This document shows, in pieces, positions 60,436 through 64,000 of a DNA stretch of 64,000 nt (position 1 is its first letter; every line of letters begins with the position of its first letter). Source of the DNA: Candidatus Cloacimonadales bacterium (GTDB lineage: Bacteria; Cloacimonadota; Cloacimonadia; Cloacimonadales; DAONDQ01); NCBI GenBank assembly GCA_963662275.1, contig OY759316.1, forward strand, positions 4,224,001 through 4,288,000, written 5' to 3'. The translations under genes and the position numbers were made by a program. The notes beneath the pieces were generated by a model that saw nothing but the letters and a program-made list of their open reading frames with translations, made no database searches and had not been told where the DNA came from.

Positions 60436-60566
60436 AAAGCAATCAGTTTTTTTTGCGACAATAGCTTAATAATGGAAAAAGATTATTTTGTTTGACAGAA
60501 AACGTTTATTTATCTGTTTTTACTAACACTTTGGTGAAAAGAAAATACTATTGATTAGGAGAGTTG

Positions 60567-61430
60567 ATGAATTTTCAGGATATTATTCTTACTTTGCAGT
60601 GCTACTGGGCAAAGCAAGGATGTAATATTATTCAACCTTATGATGCAATAATGGGGGCAGGGACTTTTCACCCAGCCACTTTCTTTGGTGCTTTGGGAAA
60701 AAAACCTTCTGCGGTCGCCTATGCGCAACCATGCAGACGCCCTAAAGATGGACGATATGGTGAAAATCCAAATCGCTTACAGCATTACTACCAGTTTCAG
60801 GTGATTATAAAACCATCACCTCCTGAAATTCAGAATCTATATTTGAATAGCTTAGAAGCAATAGGCATTGAAATTGACAAGCATGATATTCGATTTGTTG
60901 AAGATGATTGGGAATCTCCAACCCTCGGTGCCTGGGGTCTCGGTTGGGAAGTATGGCTTGATGGTATGGAAATATCTCAATTTACCTATTTTCAGCAAGT
61001 TGGCGGTATTGATGCTTTTCCTGTTAGTGTTGAACTTACTTACGGTTTGGAACGGCTTGCCATGTATATCCAAAATGTCGATGATTATCGTAAGCTGATG
61101 TGGAATGATACTACTACCTATGGTTCCATGTTTTTCGTCAAAGAAATCGAGTACTCGAAATATAACTTTGAATACGCAGATGTTCAACATCTGTTCCCTG
61201 CATTCAGTGATTTCGAGAAACAATGTTCTACGTTAGTAGAAAAGAAACTGGTATATCCAGCTTATGATTATCTATTACAATGTTCACATTCTTTCAATTT
61301 ACTAGATGCAAGGGGGGTCATAAGCGTAACTGAACGTGCTGCGTATATTGGTCGCATCAGAAAAATGGCAAAGGATTGTGCTTTATTATACTTAGAAACA
61401 AACAATGAAAATGTGAGGGAAATCTTATGA
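60567..61430 (+). CDS. glyQ: Glycyl-tRNA synthetase alpha subunit
   Basis: [51 protein letters not shown]. Confidence 0.98.
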   Translation: MNFQDIILTLQCYWAKQGCNIIQPYDAIMGAGTFHPATFFGALGKKPSAVAYAQPCRRPKDGRYGENPNRLQHYYQFQVIIKPSPPEIQNLYLNSLEAIGIEIDKHDIRFVEDDWESPTLGAWGLGWEVWLDGMEISQFTYFQQVGGIDAFPVSVELTYGLERLAMYIQNVDDYRKLMWNDTTTYGSMFFVKEIEYSKYNFEYADVQHLFPAFSDFEKQCSTLVEKKLVYPAYDYLLQCSHSFNLLDARGVISVTERAAYIGRIRKMAKDCALLYLETNNENVREIL

Positions 61431-62128
61431 TTACTAAATTTGAAAACATGTGGAAAGAATTCGCTGGTATGATTTCTGATACTATGCCGGATAACATACT
61501 ACAGATCGCAATTTATGATCCGCAAACTGAAAAAGGCAGACTCGCTGTTATCGCAGAAGATGCAAGTATTCCAAAACTAGCAATCCTTTCGCCAATTATT
61601 CAAAAGATGATCAAAAAGGAGTTGCATGTTCCACTGATCGTCGGTAAATTCTTTATTGAGACTTCACGAGATAGTTTTCCTTTGGAATTCCTGAATATTC
61701 AAAGCTCTTATCAGAATATCTATGTAAAAACCGATTTGATAAAAGAACTTACTTTTACCAAAGATAATGTTCGTCTTCAAATGGAGCGTGAAGTGAAAAG
61801 CAAAATCCTGTTAACCCGTCTATCTGCACTTGAGAACTTGGAGCAGGTTAAGAATTTGTACCACCTGATTGATGTTTCTATCCATTCACTTCTTCCTGTT
61901 ATGAAAGGATTCTTGTTTTTAGCAGATAAGGAGCTTCCGCATCAATATAAGGATTTGATCAAAGCATGTGAAGAATTATTGCATGAGGATCTTCAGATTT
62001 TCCAGCAGGCTCTGGTAATTCATCGGGATCAAATGACAAAAGATAAGTTACTTGATTTTTTCCACCATTATACGAATAAAATGATGACTTTGATGTATAT
62101 CATTGAAAAGTATCCTATTGATAAATGA
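61427..62128 (+). CDS. Hypothetical protein, possible degenerate nucleotidyltransferase fold
   Basis: [10 protein letters not shown] and R.QMERE motifs; no canonical GS/DxD. Confidence 0.5.
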   Translation: MITKFENMWKEFAGMISDTMPDNILQIAIYDPQTEKGRLAVIAEDASIPKLAILSPIIQKMIKKELHVPLIVGKFFIETSRDSFPLEFLNIQSSYQNIYVKTDLIKELTFTKDNVRLQMEREVKSKILLTRLSALENLEQVKNLYHLIDVSIHSLLPVMKGFLFLADKELPHQYKDLIKACEELLHEDLQIFQQALVIHRDQMTKDKLLDFFHHYTNKMMTLMYIIEKYPIDK

Positions 62129-62901
62129 GTGTTTCAAACACGGATGGAATTCAAGCTGAATTTCACTTGGATTTTGCTTCACCACTTCTATTTACAGCAA
62201 TTCATAATGGACATGAATTACGTAAAGAAGTAAAACAAAATTGTGCACTCAGTGAGATAGAACGCCTTCGTGAAGAAGATCCTCATACAGCTTTTTTTAC
62301 GGAGATTGGACAGAATTGTATTATTCTTCAGACAAGTCGATTTGAAGTCGATTTGAACCGACGTCGTGAAAAAGCTATTTATCTCCAACCAGAAGATTGC
62401 TGGGGTTTGATTCCAAGATCAGCCCCACCTGATCAGGATTATCTTGATAAAAGTCTTGCCGAATATGATTTATTCTATCAAGGTGTTGGTCTGATCCTGG
62501 ATGAACTGATTCGCTTGTTCGATCAAATCATAATCTATGATATTCATTCTTACAATCATCATCGCAAAGGTATCGATGCTCCTTTCGACGACCCTGCACT
62601 CAATCCGGAAATTATCCTCGGTACCAGTAATATGTCCGATAAATGGTTTCCTAAAATTGAAGAGATGCGAGATCAGATAATGAACTATGATTGGTATGGG
62701 AAAAGCTTGGATTGTCGGATTAATGTAAAATTTACTGGCGGTCACTTTGCTCAATGGATTCATCAGGAATACAAAGAAAAAGCCTGCGTTATTTCAATTG
62801 AATTTAAAAAAATATTCATGAATGAATGGACTGGAGTTGTGGATTATCAACTAATGAACGAATTACGAAATGTCTTGAAGACCACGATAAAAATTTGGTA
62901 A
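62125..62901 (+). CDS. N-formylglutamate amidohydrolase family protein
   Basis: AIHNGH, REEDP.T, SRFEVDLNR, DIHSYN, F.GG, IEFKK. Confidence 0.9.
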   Translation: MSVSNTDGIQAEFHLDFASPLLFTAIHNGHELRKEVKQNCALSEIERLREEDPHTAFFTEIGQNCIILQTSRFEVDLNRRREKAIYLQPEDCWGLIPRSAPPDQDYLDKSLAEYDLFYQGVGLILDELIRLFDQIIIYDIHSYNHHRKGIDAPFDDPALNPEIILGTSNMSDKWFPKIEEMRDQIMNYDWYGKSLDCRINVKFTGGHFAQWIHQEYKEKACVISIEFKKIFMNEWTGVVDYQLMNELRNVLKTTIKIW

Positions 62902-63070
62902 AATAAGTAATTGAATAACGCTAATACCTTGTATAAAAAACAGATATCTATGAATGATTAATATCGATGAATCGACAATATCACATATAACATATTGTTA
63001 ATCAGTTTTTTAAGTGATTAGGATATTCGTATTTTAGTTTGTCTTTATGAATTCAAAATAAAAATAAAAG

Positions 63071-63099
63071 TTGACAGAAACTGTGACCACTTATATCTT
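63071..63099 (+). promoter_or_regulatory. Putative sigma70 promoter
   Basis: TTGACA-N17-TATCTT upstream of the 63204 ORF. Confidence 0.55.
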
Positions 63100-63203
63100 A
63101 TGTCCTGTACGAGGGTAGAATTTTATTCATCAAACTTGAAAATAAACATAACGTGATTTATAGGCATTTCCTATATCCTCAAAATGATAAAAGGATAGTA
63201 ATT

Positions 63204-64000
63204 ATGAAGTCTAAATTATTGGTAGTTTTGTTTCTCCTAATCGGAATTTCTTCAGTTTGTTTTGCACAAACTCAATCTTGTTCAGGTAGTTGGGCTTTGA
63301 CTACGAATGGTAACTGTACTGTTTCCAGTAACGGAGCATTATCCGGTACGAGCATTTCGCGTGCAAATCCGGCACCGATCCCAACGATTTCCTATAACTC
63401 CAGTTACGGAGCCAATTCCGATAAATGGGATGTAACTTCATTGAATACGGGTAGATATTATGAATATACATTAACAGCAAATGCAAATGTAACTCTAAGC
63501 TCTTTAAGCGTAGTCCTGAGATCAAATGGAACCGGTGTTCATGCAGAAATCCGCTATTCCCTGGACGATTTTTCCTCTTACACAACATTGCTATCTGATT
63601 ATACTTTAACAGCGAATTCAAATTATTCATATTCAAATTCAACATTATCGATTAATATGGAACCCGATGATAAATTAACCGTCCGTATATATGGATGGAA
63701 TGCAGCAACTTCCAGTGTTTTATTTTATAATAAGAGTATGGTGATTTCCGGTTTGAGAAAAACAACGGAAACAGATTTCTTCCGTACAAAAGCTGATGGT
63801 AACTGGGATGAAACTTCTGTTTGGGAATCTTCCGCAAATGGTGCATCGAATTGGATTGCAGCTACTCTTACCCCAACTGCCACAGCGAGTACGACAACAA
63901 TTACTCATAATCTTGCTTTAAGAGAAACTGAAGGATGTGGAAATCTCACATTTAATGGTGGCTCAATTGACTTCGGCGATTACGATTTAACCATCGATGG
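63204..64000 (+). CDS. Secreted protein, N-terminal part (runs off the window)
   Basis: Hand translation MKSKLLVVLFLLIGISSVCFA-QTQSCSGSWALTT...YYEYTLTA...; no stop found before the window end. Confidence 0.75.
   Translation, partial: MKSKLLVVLFLLIGISSVCFAQTQSCSGSWALTTNGNCTVSSNGALSGTSISRANPAPIPTISYNSSYGANSDKWDVTSLNTGRYYEYTLTANANVTLSSLSVVLRSNGTGVHAEIRYSLDDFSSYTTLLSDYTLTANSNYSYSNSTLSINMEPDDKLTVRIYGWNAATSSVLFYNKSMVISGLRKTTETDFFRTKADGNWDETSVWESSANGASNWIAATLTPTATASTTTITHNLALRETEGCGNLTFNGGSIDFGDYDLTID

Overview
64 kb of an AT-rich anaerobic bacterial chromosome. Inferred to be Cloacimonadota or another FCB-group lineage, from many secreted proteins carrying a YPNPF/FlgD-Ig (T9SS type-A-like) C-terminal domain plus Rnf and an [FeFe]-hydrogenase. 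Housekeeping content: tRNA-fMet, plsY-like, yggS, mnmE, yhbY, dxs, ruvB, rnfCDGEAB, hydA, pit/DUF47, hrcA-grpE-dnaK-dnaJ-rsmE with two CIRCE-like boxes, tyrS, glnA, glyQ. There is one class C-like group II intron, and the intergenic DNA is densely filled with several REP-like and tandem repeat families. Most interesting hypothesis: two loci (23.3-25.2 kb and 47.1-50.7 kb) pair FGE/C-type-lectin-fold proteins, whose N-terminal Ig domain appears to lack its last beta-strand, with a co-transcribed anchor or scaffold protein carrying apparently orphan G-type strands. The counts match (one strand to one lectin; two strands to two lectins), suggesting a donor-strand-complementation surface display system. 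One of these lectins also has a DGR-like NNC codon signature. Other leads are a YghO/bCerS-like GNAT + Aur1-like PAP2 + divergent PlsY cluster (possible sphingolipid pathway), a dispersed ~150 bp two-hairpin element, and a five-hairpin 5' leader. All family calls come from motif recognition by eye; no database searches were run.
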